From: Chrysomallon squamiferum
Taxonomy: Eukaryota > Animalia > Mollusca
Length of the DNA: 64,000 nucleotides
Reading direction: 5' to 3'
Assembly (NCBI GenBank): GCA_012295275.1
Contig: CM022673.1
Location: forward strand, 16,988,001 to 17,052,000
In this document: piece by piece, positions 29,303 to 42,800 of the stretch
Numbering within the stretch: the first letter of the stretch is position 1
Layout of the letters: each line of letters opens with the position of its first letter
Notes under the pieces: model-generated
What the model saw: the letters and a program-made list of their open reading frames with translations, nothing else
What the model was told of the DNA's origin: nothing
The model's database searches: none
Position numbers and translations under genes: made by a program

Positions 29303-29396
29303 ATGTCGACTATTACATATACTAAAGATTTCTTTTTATGGTGCATGTCTGTTATCTATCTGTTTGCATTTTCTTCGTTATATGTGCAGATACCAG
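29303..29396 (+). CDS. LMF2: LMF2 exon 1
   Basis: ATG at 29303; [31 protein letters not shown](G); donor CAG|GTACGT, phase 1. Confidence 0.93.
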
Positions 29397-32300
29397 GTAC
29401 GTTTAAATTTATCAACACAATATTTTGAATTATTTTTTTATTTTATTACAACAGTATAGGTATGTGTATTTCTGCCGGAACTGCGTCCGCCATTTTCTGC
29501 CAAATCCGTGTGATCGGGATTTCCCCGATGGCGAGTGGTGTCTCTGCGTAAATCGCTTCTCGTTACTCAGGGGTTGGGAGTTTCGGTTATCCCTGATGGT
29601 ATAATTAGCGGGAAATTCCCGTATACTCACTCGTTTTCGAATTTTTCAATTCGGTCAATTGGTTCGTTTCGGAGGAGAGTTCGAAAATTTGTTTCGTATT
29701 CAACACGTTAAAATCGGTCGTTTTCGATATCGGAGGATAATCTAAGATAGATGGAGGCGAAGAACAATATTTAATTTTATTATATGTGAATTTATATTGA
29801 AATCTGACACAGCAGCTGAAAAAAACTGCACACGCCGGACAGAGGAGCTGTAACATCGAAATGGCTTCAAAATCAAACATGGCGGATGAAAATTCAAGTG
29901 AAACAGAAGTGATTTCTACCCTCGATTTTTAATAGCTTGCATTTTTAATAGCTTGATTTGAGAGGACTAGTTACCATCTATCTTCAGTCCAAATTTCACT
30001 AATAAAATTTCATTATTAAGAAAGTTACATGCATTTTAGTGAAAAACAATAGGATTTTGGTTACGGCATTGTAATGCAAATGGCGGAAATGCATTAAATA
30101 ATAGGACAATTAATTAGTGTTAATTGAAAACGTTAAAATGCTGTAACTTCCTTAATACTCAACAGAATCACATGATGTTTGTTGTCTTTTATAGGGTTTT
30201 TAGAGTTCTTTTCAGCAATGTTATTTATGTTGAAGTTGGTAGTGTTGAAGTTGGTAGAATTTTTTGTCCACATAAATTATTGTTTGTTAGGTTGCTGGTA
30301 CCTTAATTAATAACTTCTTTTTAATTTTTACAAATATAATCGATAGCAGAGATTGGCATTGGTCTTCACTGAAAATTTCATCAAGAAAGCTTGCTTATTA
30401 ACAAAGATAGAGGGGAAAATGTTAAAATATTACTATTTTTGGTCACAAACCTCTAATGACTTATATAGCGTTTAATCGGAAGAAAAAAATTGCTTTTCAG
30501 GGGGTTTAAAATTGCTGCTACTTCCTTAATTTTTTACATATTCACTTGATCTTGGTATCATTTTAAAGTGGTTTACAAACTCTACCCAACTGTCTTATTT
30601 ATTTTCAGATTAGTGGGGTTTGAAAAATTTATCCACATACCTAAACAGTATTTTACATACAATAAAAATCGATCATCATCATGATCATGGGTTAGTCATT
30701 TCAGCGGCCCAATTTCAGATTTTCACTTTGCCGGTTCTGTGAACTCCCAAATGTAGTTCTCATTTATAATTTTGAATAGTTATTTTGTATTTTCTAAAGT
30801 ATCATTTTGACCACAACCATTTTGTTTCTCAGCTAAATTTATTTCGATGAGCTGTAAGCCTGTAGGCAGTGTAACAGGGTTAGCGAGAGTACTGCTATTA
30901 GTATTACCCTTTTCAGTGTAACGAGTGTTAAGCTTTAGGTCGTTGTGAGTAGTAACTAGAGATGGTAGAGTAAAAATAAAAATAAATGAATAACGATCTT
31001 TGACATTACTGATTGTTTTCGGTCGGGACATTGTGTCATGTTATAATGTCATTTGTGCAAGAGATTTGAAAAGCGCATGTTCCAAATTTGGAGCTCATGT
31101 CAGTGTCTAACACCAGTTCGACTATTGTTATATAATATTTTATTATTATGTTGCTTTTAGTAAATTGGTTAATTGTTAATTTACAGTATTTATTTTTAAC
31201 TTATTTATTTAAAGGGAAAAATAAATTTATAGTAAAAAATTTGTCTTTAAAATAACAATAAATAAAGTTTACACTTTAATATTAATATTTGATAACAGAT
31301 TTTATGCAGTGAAACACTTGATATATATTCAGCACAGGTGCAAAACTGATTCACTCTTTCTCTTGCTATTTCTCTCTCTCTGTATACATGGCAAACATTT
31401 AAATTTTTTTTATAGAATCTCTTATCAAAGTGATATTAAATAAGCTAAATAGCTGTAAATTTATATATATATATATTATTTTATTTTGTATCCAGTTACG
31501 GTAAACAAAAATAATAGTTTATCAATATACATAATCAGGCAGAATCATGAAGAATGAGCTTTCATTTATATTATAGGCATATAACTAAATTTTATTTTCT
31601 CAAAATCACATATAAAGAAACAGAAATAATAAATCTTTTAAATATATATCTCCAGTGGTTTCCCCAGCATTTGTGAAAGGGATGGTGGGAATCAGTGTAA
31701 CTGGTGCAAGTTAAACGAAGGAATGGTACAGAAAATGTTCAAATTACTCCTATAAATAATTGCATCAAATGCATTAACTGTTAACAAATTTATTTTATTT
31801 GCAATTACATAAAATCAAAGTGTCTGTGTCTGGTGAGTTTTGTCCAGATGTTCTGTGAATTATATTCTTTACATGAATATATTTATACAAAATAATAAGC
31901 TTCTGTACATGTTGTATATAGGTGTGTGTGTGAAATGTGAAAAGTTTTCATTGCACTGAAAGTAAACGATTGCCACACAATGTGATAGTGAATACAGAAT
32001 AGTTATGAGAATGTGACTTTAATTGTCAATGCGCTGTTGATAATAATTATTTTTATATTAAGTGGATCGAGCGCATATGTGTTTTCAAAGGATGGAGATA
32101 ATATTTTAAAAAGTTATTTAGGTATCTAGAATAAAATAACTGCTGACCCCAAAAGTGCAAAACAGTGGCATGACAACCAGTCTAAATAAACGGATGCAAG
32201 ATATTGTATTGATAAATATTATAATATGCAACATGTATGCATACCTAAAAAAATAAAAAATTAAAGAAATAAAAATTAAGACCTGTGACTGAGTCCAGTC

Positions 32301-35300
32301 AGGTCTGAATAGTATAAAATATTATTCCATTAATTACATTTTTGCTGAGTTTATATTAATGTTTTAGTAAATATATGCAATGTACCTTAATGAACCAGAC
32401 AATAAAAAATTGTAGGTAAGTTTGCAGCTGTTAATGTCAAAATGAAAACCAAAACCAGAATTATCATCTACCATTTATAAAAAAAAGTTTAATATTGGAA
32501 TTTATGTATTTGACTCTTTGGACAGAACAAGAGAAGAAAAAAAAAAAAAAAAACAATTTGGTTCAATAATTAACATTAAATATAGAATGGTTTACAAGGA
32601 TAAATTTGTTTAATATTAGCTTGTTAAGCTTTTTTTTTTTTTTTTTTTTTTATTTGTTTATTTTTATTATTATTTTAGTAAATCAGTAAAAAGTAATATT
32701 AGATGTTTTAAATTATTTAATATTGTTCTAAATTATAAAGTATTATTCTTCTGTATCACATTAGAGAATTATAGACATTCAGAAATTATTTACTTTTGAT
32801 AGCTTTGACTTAATTTGTCTTCTTCTTTTTTATTCAGGCTTGTATGGAGATAATGGTTTGCTGCCTGCTCGCAATGCACTGACAACATGTAAGTTGCATG
32901 TTTTCATGTTTGTTAAGGGATTACATTAATTCTGTAACACCTCCTAAACAATGTAAATTAGTTTTCTTTTATTTAAAAGGTATCTGATTGCCTTTAATAC
33001 ATAAAATTAATATTATTGTTTATCACAAAATGTAATAATTCTAAATAAAAGTATTTTTTTTATATAAAAATAGCTGTTGATTAATTTATTTGAAAACTTC
33101 TTTTCACAATTGTCAACACTTGTCAACTAATATTTAATGTTTATTTATTCATTTGCTTATAAAATCCTTGTTTAAATGAACTAAAATGTAAATATTAAGT
33201 AAATAAAAATAAAGAAACAAATTTATATATATAAATAATAATAATATAAATAATAAAAGAAAGAAATAATTATATTTTACAAGTTATTAATAATTTGTAG
33301 CGGCAAACTCATGGCAGGAACTTCTGGAAGGACAACCAACTCTTCTCAAACTGACGCCAAAGCTTGGACTTGATATTGTTACCTCCATGGATCTGTTGTG
33401 TTTGGGTGGAATTTTGATTTCTTTCTTCTGCATGGTGTCAAGGAGAGCTCGTGATGTTGTGTCCTTCACCTTGCTGTGGATGTTGTACCTCTCACTGTAT
33501 CAGGTTAATCAATTTTCTTACTTTTAAATATTTGTGTTTAACTACTTGAATAAGTAATATCTGAGAAAAATAAAGAACATGATATTTTTGTGTCAGTTTA
33601 AATGTGAGTTTATTTAGTTACTGATAAGAAAAGTTGAACCAAGATCTTCTGTGTGAGAATCAAGCTAACAGTGACTGGGAAAATATTGTTAGTTATTAAC
33701 AGATTGAGTACTTGGTAGCTAATAATAATATACAAAATGAATATTTGAATATGTATGTGCTATATCTGTGTGTGTATATATATATATTGTTAGTTATATC
33801 AAATCATTTGATTACTGAATTAAAATGTTTTAATATTTATAGAATTGTTTCCCTTTATCAAGTTTATGGTAATATATATTAAGAATTCTGTAGCAAGGTA
33901 AACAGATGTTAAAGATATTGAGATAGATACGTTTTGCTGGAACAGATGGTTTGAATATCTGGAAAGGAAATTATTTACATTTTATTCCCAATCCTTATCA
34001 TACAGATTAGTCTATAATACTAAACTACTGGAATAAAATTATCACTATTTGTATCAACAAACCTTGTTTTATTCTTAGAAACAAAGTAAACAGATTTTTT
34101 TTTTCAAGGATTTTAAATATTAAAGAACAATAACAACAGTAATAATACTGTGCAACCTCCCTGTATTATGTGTATCAGGCTCTAGAGGGTAAATGTTTTA
34201 CTAATGAGAATTGAATGTTTTATTTTCACTGTATTATTATATTATATTTCTTAAGTAAACTGACTTTCATAGAATAATTTATTTAATTTTTCTTTCATAT
34301 AGATCTCAGCTGTTTTCTTTTATGGTTTAATTATCACATAATTGTTAATCGTTTTGATATAATTGTTAACTGTTTTGTAAGAAAATGTCACCATAAATAT
34401 TAAATTATTAGGCCTACTAGTGACAATTATCTTATTATTATAATTTTATTTTGTTTTACCTTTTCAGGTTGGCCAGACTTTTATGTGGTTCCAATGGTAA
34501 ACACTTTTTAAATTATTATTTTTTACATTTTCAGTGTTCAGAAATCTTTAATAAATTTATTTTATTTTACTTTACTTTTTAAAAAAATATTTCATTACAG
34601 AATAAATTATCAACACATTTTCTTTCATTCCTCCCTCTATATTAAACTGAAAACCACTAAAACTAAAATAATTTGTTGAAAAATCAGACTAGTTGATAGT
34701 GGCAAAAACTTTCATTTGTTATTATGGTTGCCTTCCATAAAAATAAAATGATCATTTGGAAACCTATATTTATTTTAGAATGTACTTAGTAATGATTTGA
34801 AGTATTTTTTTATATTATTGTTCCTTGAGATGCCTGTCTCACTTGTATAAAACTTTAACATTATTATTTTAATTCTGCTCCCAGGGATATTCTGTTGCTT
34901 GAAGTCGGCTTTTTAACTTTAATTCTGGCACCTTTTAACTTCAACCTGCTTCAGAAGAGTCGCGAACCCACTCACCACCACCACGACACCATCAACATGT
35001 GGCTGGTGAAGTGGCTGCTGTTTCGACTTATGTTTGCTTCAGGTGTTGTCAAACTGACGAGCAAGTGTCCCACCTGGTGGGGTCTCACAGGTAACATACT
35101 TTATTTACAGGTAATCAATATTATTTGTTTCATTCATCATCATCATGTATACTATGACAAGAGAGTTTTATGTACTGACAAAAAAGGAGAATAAATCCAA
35201 CATATATATAAACATATTTTAAAATCCTAATACCTAATCCATGAATCTGACAGCCAAGCAATGATTTATGTATGTTACAGGGAATATGTAAAATTCCTGA

Positions 35301-36754
35301 AAATTTAAAAAAATACAGTGGTACCATAACTTATGAATTTAATTTGTTCAGTGGCTGAGCCTGTAACTCAATATTTCGTATCAAATCAAGTTTTCTGACT
35401 GAAATTAATTGAAATACCATTAATCTGTTACTTCTTCTCAGCACTGTCCTTTGCACACACTTTTGTGGAAATGTGACAAAATACTGCACAAAATGCAAGC
35501 ACAACACAACTGAGATGCTTCCACAGTGAGGTACCCACATGAAGTAAATAAATGAGACACTGGAAGCTGGGCAGATGTTGTGTTGTTTGTTGCATCAACT
35601 AGCAGTGGCATATCTGAAGCTTGCTCGTTACTCATATTTTGGCTCACAACTCAAAGCAAAAAATCTGCTCATAAGTTGGAAAACTTATAAGCTGGTGCAC
35701 TCATAAGTCAAGGTATCACTGTATCTGTAATCACTGAACTGTAAGTGATGTTCCTAGAGTTGGGTGATTGTCTGTGGGAAACTTAGGCATCCACAGAACC
35801 AAACAGTCCCTATGTTTTATATAACCCTTAACTGGACAGTTAATCTATTATAGTTTTTTAATATCTCTGTTTTATCATTTGGAAAATAACAAATAATAAC
35901 TAAAATAACATTGTGATGTTATATATTTTATGTTTCTTTCAGCTCTTACATATCACTTTGAATCTCAGGTAAGCTGTTCAATTTTTTTTTTTTTGACTAT
36001 TGACAGGTGTCATTTTATGTTCATGAAATAAAAATTGTTTTGTTTTAGTAGCTGTTATTTCTGATGTCTGTGACTTCAAAACGTGCTGAAATTTTATACA
36101 TTTTATAATTTAAGTTTTTTATATAAAAAAATTCCATTATGTGGACATAATTTTATTTTTCTTATTCTTTGCATAATTAATATTTATATATTCAAAAATA
36201 ACATGAAACATTCAGATTTTAATTGACTTTTCTGATAAAACTGTGTTTTCGATTTCGGGACATTTCAACATCTTTTGTCATTTCTGTGTTTTTCTAACAC
36301 TAAGTTAATTAAAATCTATTTCTCTTTTTTATTGTATTTGAGTTTTTCTTATATTAAATTAAAATCCATTTTCCTCTTCAGCGTATTTGAGTTTTAATAG
36401 GATTCAATTAAGACGTTTCCATTTTTTAGTTTTTTTTTTTTTCTTGCACGAAAGTAATTTAAACCTATTTTTCATTTCAGTACATTTGAATTTTTACAGC
36501 ATGAAACTAAGATGTCTTTACCATTTTGTTTTTTGTAGTATTAGAATTTATCTAATTATAAGCTTTTTTCTGTTTCAGTGTATTCCAACACCTTTAGCCT
36601 GGTACTGGCATCAGAGTCCAGTCTGGTTTTTAAAACTGGCATGTGTTCTGACATACGTTATAGAGATTCCACTAACCTTTCTCTTCTTCATACCAATACG
36701 CTCTCTCAAAATGTTTGCCTTCATCTCTCAGGTAAGATTTGACGCATGCACACA

Positions 36755-36813
<59 letters not shown>

Positions 36814-39800
36814 ATATCTTTGGTTTTATAAGATTCCATAAGAAGGTTTCATGTGCAGGCCATGATTGGTTGATATTTTTAAGCAGGAATCCCATGTTTG
36901 GAATATTCTGTACTGAAGTCACATTTTGTTTGGATATGGATAGTTACTGATTGAAGTCTCAGTGAGTTATCTGTAGAAATTGTATATTATATACACATTC
37001 TATTTGTTTTGCAATTAATACTCAGGAAACCACTAAGCTTTGTGCCAGACTTTGTGACATGACTAGAGTAACAAAACCTTGACATATTTTAACAAATACG
37101 TTAGCACTTGTCAAACATCAGTTACCACCTGCTCACCTGTTTTACATGTGAACCTGTTGACTTTATTTTATGTTTTATGCGAGACTAATGATTGATTATT
37201 AAGGATTATATAATTTACTAGCATAATTTTAAATTAAAAAAATAATTGCTGTTTAAGTTTTTTTCATTTATTTATTTATTTATTTTATATATATTTTTAT
37301 GTTTTAAGTTTTATATTTTTCAACATTCAGTCACATATGAATTCTATTCTTATTAACCAAATGTGATAAGTGCATATCATGCCATATGACTTTAAAATTT
37401 AAATGAAATTTTAAATTAAAAAGACTTAACGATCCCATCATACTACTCAAGATTTAATGTTTTTGTTTTTCCTTTGTAAAACATTTCTTCTTTTTTTAAT
37501 CTAATTATTATTTTGTGTTTAACATACATTTTTTTATAACTTTCTTTTCTTAGAAATGTTAAAATAAAGTGATGTAAATTAGAAGAATCACATGACATAT
37601 CCAATACTTACAAAAAAAAAAAAAAAAAAACCCTCAAATAGTAAGTTGTTTTTCAGCTACAGTTGTTAACAGTATTAATGAACAAAGAGGAAATTGTTTT
37701 CATAAACAAAAAAAAATGTTATTATGTTTGGCAGCAGTATTTGTTTTTAAGATACAAACAGTTCCAGCAGTATTATTTTCCATATAATGCAGTTTATACA
37801 CTATTCAGTCACAGTGTTAAACATACTGATATGTATCATGTATGTAATACAAATACTGACAGTAGAATTTTATATGTATTATTTTCCCCACCGTTAAAAT
37901 AGTAAACTAGATTGCATTTAATTTATTATCATTTTATCTTTTAGAAAAAGGTAAATAATGATAATAATAGATAAAAAAATAATTTATAAAATAATATACA
38001 TTTTAATTTTTATCCTATAAACATACTTTTAGTATTAATGTATGAAATAAACAGAATATTCTTCACCAATCACAGATGGTACAACTGATTCTAGTAGTAA
38101 ATTTATATTTAATTTAAAATTGATATAGATCAGAGTGGATAACAAACAAGGTTAGGTAAATATATTTTGTATGTTTATTAATTTTTAAATTTGGCTGTTC
38201 ACTGACAAGTATTTACTGGTATTTTCAGTTTAATTCTCTTAGAATTTATTTTTCTTTGTCAGTCTTGTAAGTATTCCATGCAAATGTATTCTTATAGAAT
38301 CAATTAGACAAAAGTTGTTGCTTTGTTGTTTAATTAGAAATGATCGAATGACTTAAATACCAGTAATTTAGTTATTTGAATAGCAATAATTCAGTCATTT
38401 GATTGACAGTAATTTCAGCCTTTTAAATTAAAATGATTTAATCTTAATTTTAGTCATTCAGTTACTGGTATTTACATCATAAATAACAGTAATTTAACAA
38501 TTTAAATAATAATAATTTAGTCATTTACATAACAATTTGAAATAATAAAAATTTATTATTTTAAATACCAGTAACTGAATTACTAAATATAAATGCTTTA
38601 GCCATTTAATTGAAATAATTAAATAAATTTGATTTAGCCACTTGATTGAAAGTAATGGTGTTATTTAAATACAAATGACTTTGAGCTGTCTGTGCCTGGT
38701 CTGCTACATGTAGACTCTGTTAGATGAGAACTCACTCTCATATGTCTTCCTGCTGACTCAAACCTGACACATGGAGATGTGGCAACATGAGACAGAAACT
38801 CTGGACTTTTCATTGGAATGTTGAGAGTCCAGTATAGTCCAGGATAGCGAATCAGCATGGAGTTGATTATTTGAATGAATTCTGTGGCAAGCTCCTGTAT
38901 GGAATGAAAGTCAGGACCTCGGACAAACAGTTTTACAGAGTCCACTGTTTTGATCATGAGGACTTTTTCATTGTCTGATTCTGCATATACACAGTCACAC
39001 CAGTCTATTCTCTCTAGAACAAGGTCTTGGATGGAAGAAACCATTTTTTCAAAGAGGCTCTTAGGAAAATGGAAGGGAAAGCTATAAACTACTGAAAGTT
39101 CTTTGTGATGAGACTCAACATTTTCAGTCCACAGTTCTGACAGTTCTGATATATTTCCATCATCCTTGTTGTACCATGGTATGACCATCAGCGGACGTAT
39201 GTATAGTCGACAAGTTGGAACATCTGGCTCTGGAACAGAATAACACAGGTCAAGCAAGGGAAGTAATTCTAACAGATCTTCCAGAGTGTAATTGTCCATG
39301 TTTTGATAAAACCACAGGCAATTGAGAAATGGTCTACAAACTTGTCCTTTCAGCAAAAACATTTTTCTTGCTTCCTCAAATTCCTCTTCACTCAGATTTC
39401 CTTTGCTGCTGAAAATGTTGTTCATGGGTTTCTTCATGAATTCTTTGATGTCATGACGATACAGAGAAGATACTATTTCAACCAGAATCCTTGGCTTATG
39501 GAAAAGAATTTCTGAAAGTCCTGTGACATCAAAATACCACAGAACCTCACCAATATCATGTAGATAGTTGATGCAGTCTTCAAGGTTTTTGTCTTTAACA
39601 TTGTAGTCCTTGCCTATTTCTACAACCTGATCCCAAAGGAGGTAGTTTCCTCTTTGTTGCTTCAATTTTGAACACAGCTTGCCCCAGGCAGCAGGAATCA
39701 CTCGCTGGGCATGAGGAAACAGATTTATATCTATAGCAAGATGCTCCAACTCATCCACAAGCTGCTGGATTCCTTCAAGAGTTTGAGAAGTACTTATTAC

Positions 39801-42800
39801 TGAAATGTTTGGTAATACTTGTACATGACTGGATGAAATTTCTTTCAGTTTATTTCTACGTACTGTGAGCAGTTTGATTGCTGCATTTTCAGCTTCATAA
39901 TGTTCTTTTTCTGTGGCAATTTGTATTTCTGCTAATTCCTTCTCAACCTCTTTGAGTTCATCTGCAACAGTCTTTCTGTACTTAGCCAGATATTTCTGTA
40001 ATAATTCACTGACTTCTTCCACTAGACCTTCTCTGTCATATTCAGACTTGCCTCCTTTTGACTCTGGTATGTCCATCAGATCACACTGAGTAGCTATCAC
40101 TTTGATTATAGCACCAGGAGCATTTGAGTTCAGAATATCTATCCACTGTCCTAAAGCTCTGTGGAAACGACTGGGGGTGAAGGAAGCACCATTGAAAACT
40201 AGTAAAATGAGAGCTTTGGAGTCTAAAAACAAAGGTGTTGTTACATGATAAATTTCAGAACCTCCAAAATCATTTAGCATAAATTCCACATTATTGTCAG
40301 TTTTCCAAGGTCTCTGTCGAAGAACTCTGGTTTTATCTTTTGGTCCTTTGGTCATCTTTGACCGTCTGTAGACTAGAGTGTCAACAAGACAAGTTTTTCC
40401 TGCTTGAGATTCTCCTAAAACCAAAATCTTTTGTCTTTGCAGGTTTTCAGTCTTTATGATGGCAAGCTTTTTAAGATAGTCAAAAATCATTTCCGGTTTT
40501 TCTGTTCTCCAGATCTCAGGAGGTGGTTGTTCCAGTGGGTTTTTGTACAGCCACAGCCCGTACTTCTGTAGTTTCCTATAGCTGTGAGCCACTGTGAGCT
40601 TTGACAGGTTGTACAACTTCATGGGAAGCTGTTTGATGAGATTATTAGTTAGATCCAGTGTCTCCAACTCAGTCAATTCACAGATTTCATTGGGTAAAGA
40701 TGTCAGCTGGTTCTCCTCAAGAATCAGCTTTTTCAATTTGTAAAGTGTCTCAATTTCTTTGGGAATCTGACTGATTCTATTTCTGGACAGATCAAGTTCT
40801 TCCAGATTAAAGAGCAGACCAATAGTGTCAGGAATCATGTCAAAACTGTTGTTGTTAGCTCTTAGGATTTGAAGATTGATTAGACGACCAATCGATGGTG
40901 GAATTTCAGTCATTAAATTTGAGGAGATATCTAAGACTCTCAGATGTTTTAGACCATATAGTGTGTTAGGTAAAGTCTGGAGAAAGTTGTGACACAAATA
41001 GAACTCTAGTAAACCAGTGTTATACAGGTCTGGGACATTGTTTATCATTGTATTCTCTAGGTCCAATACTTCTAAGGCGGGTAACTCAAACACTACAATG
41101 GGAATGTGTTCAGATTTGATCTGCCCTTTCCTCAGCAGATTTTCCATATAATTATCAATGACACCACAAAAGCTCCTATAGTTTATAGCCAGGACTTTGA
41201 GATTTGGAATTTCAGGTAGAGTTTCTGGCAGACTCTCAACTGCATTACCCCACAGGAGTATTTCCTCTAACTCCTGACAGTAAGCTATCTCTGGAGGAAG
41301 AGAGGAAATGTTTGTCTGTTGCAGATTCACTTTTCTTAAAGCAGTAAGGTTTCCAATGTCTGGTACAAGGATGTTGATTTTGTTTCGACTGATATCCAGT
41401 GTCTTGAGACTGGTCAATTTCCAGACAACTGGAGGAATGAAAGGCATGTTGCACTCAGATATTTTCAGATGCTGCAGACCTGTCAACATTTCCATGTCTG
41501 CTGGGAGACCTCCATAATCCTGTGAGTGGCTACATCTAAGTCCATTTCTGCTGAGATCCAGTTTAGTGAGAGCGGTCAGCTTCTTTATGTCTGGAGGTAT
41601 TGATCGAAGATTATTAGAGGCCAGGATTAGTTCACCAATATCCTTGGCTGGGAAATGAAAAAATAAAGCCACATTTAGTCTTTGAAATATAACAGTGTAT
41701 TATTTTCCTACACAAGTAATGGAAAAACTTATATCAAAATATTGTAAATTTCTAAATATTTATGGTCAATTCATAACTCATCTGAATTATATATTTAACT
41801 ATTATTTGTTTAGCAGAGAAAACTGTTATTGATAGTTATAACAGATCTGCTAACAAAATATCAACATATTATCAACAAATTCGATTTACCTGTAAACAGA
41901 GATGAAGGAATTCCTGTCATTCCTTGTCCAGACATGTCAACAATCTTCAAACCATCATCAGTCAGCTCTGCTTGATTTGGAGTTTGCCGTTTCTGTGCTG
42001 ATATTCGGCCATCTCTGGAAGTTTTGGGTGGGGACTGAGAGGTTTGGCGGCCATCTTTATTTTTTTTCTGAGCCGATCTTGATCTTGCTGAACCTTTACC
42101 TCTTACAGGTGACTTTGAGGGTGATTTAGAGGGTGATTGGCTCTTGCTTCTGGAGGTAGGCCTCTCAGGGGTTCCTCTCTTGGACCCAGCACTCCGCTGT
42201 TTAGGTGAGGCTGATTTTCGCATTGGAGATGTGCTGCTTTTCTGAGAGTCTGGGTTGGGGGATTGCTTCTTGCCAGTTAGAACTTGTGGAGGACTTCCTT
42301 CAGACATATCTGTCTCTCTTTTCTCAGTAGTAGACCTGGAAGAAAATGGAAAAGGATGTTAAAGGAAATAATTTTGTTTATCTTAGATGTTTTATTACAG
42401 GTATTATTTATTTATAAATGATGCTAAGATTGTGTTAAAATGGTTAAATAGCAAAATTGAGATGGATCACAGTTTCAGATTTTTGCAGTAACTATCAATA
42501 TACCATATGTACTTGCAAACACAAATACAATTATATGTTTGTTATTAACAGTTTCAATTTAAAACAATGATACTTATTTCTAGAAAGGTTACTTAACTGA
42601 ATACCTTCAGATATATTATTTTCACACTGTTAATGATAGTAGTCCTTTTAGCTAAAAAATATGACTATAAACAATAATGTAATTTATCCTGAATCTGAGA
42701 CACTGTTAAATTCTCTTCACTTCAGTAGTTAATTAAGTGTATTTTATTTTATGAGACATTGCACCAAGTAGTAATAAATAGTTTATTGTCATGTTAATAA

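Larger units (their letters stand above)
27100..31100. promoter_or_regulatory. CpG-rich divergent promoter region shared by LMF2 and the unidentified - strand gene
   Basis: CpG is frequent here and nearly absent in flanking DNA; first exons point away from each other about 1.4 kb apart; TTTCCGGAAA (ETS/STAT-like) just before the LMF2 ATG. Confidence 0.65.

Noticed and set aside
31652-31700. hAT-like end CAGTGGTTTCCCC
   Set aside because: No matching opposite terminus or TSD found.
38661-41647. Retrogene origin for the 3-kb single exon
   Set aside because: The gene has two upstream introns, no poly(A)/TSD is visible, and MFHAS1-type genes are, as I recall, normally encoded mostly on one large exon.
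41648-41672. ORF-track start MALFFHFP for the 1003-aa ORF
   Set aside because: This is intronic pyrimidine tract with a GTG start; the exon begins at 41647 after CAG.
38661-42307. LRRK1/LRRK2 assignment
   Set aside because: No kinase, ankyrin/armadillo or WD40 region; protein stops shortly after COR.
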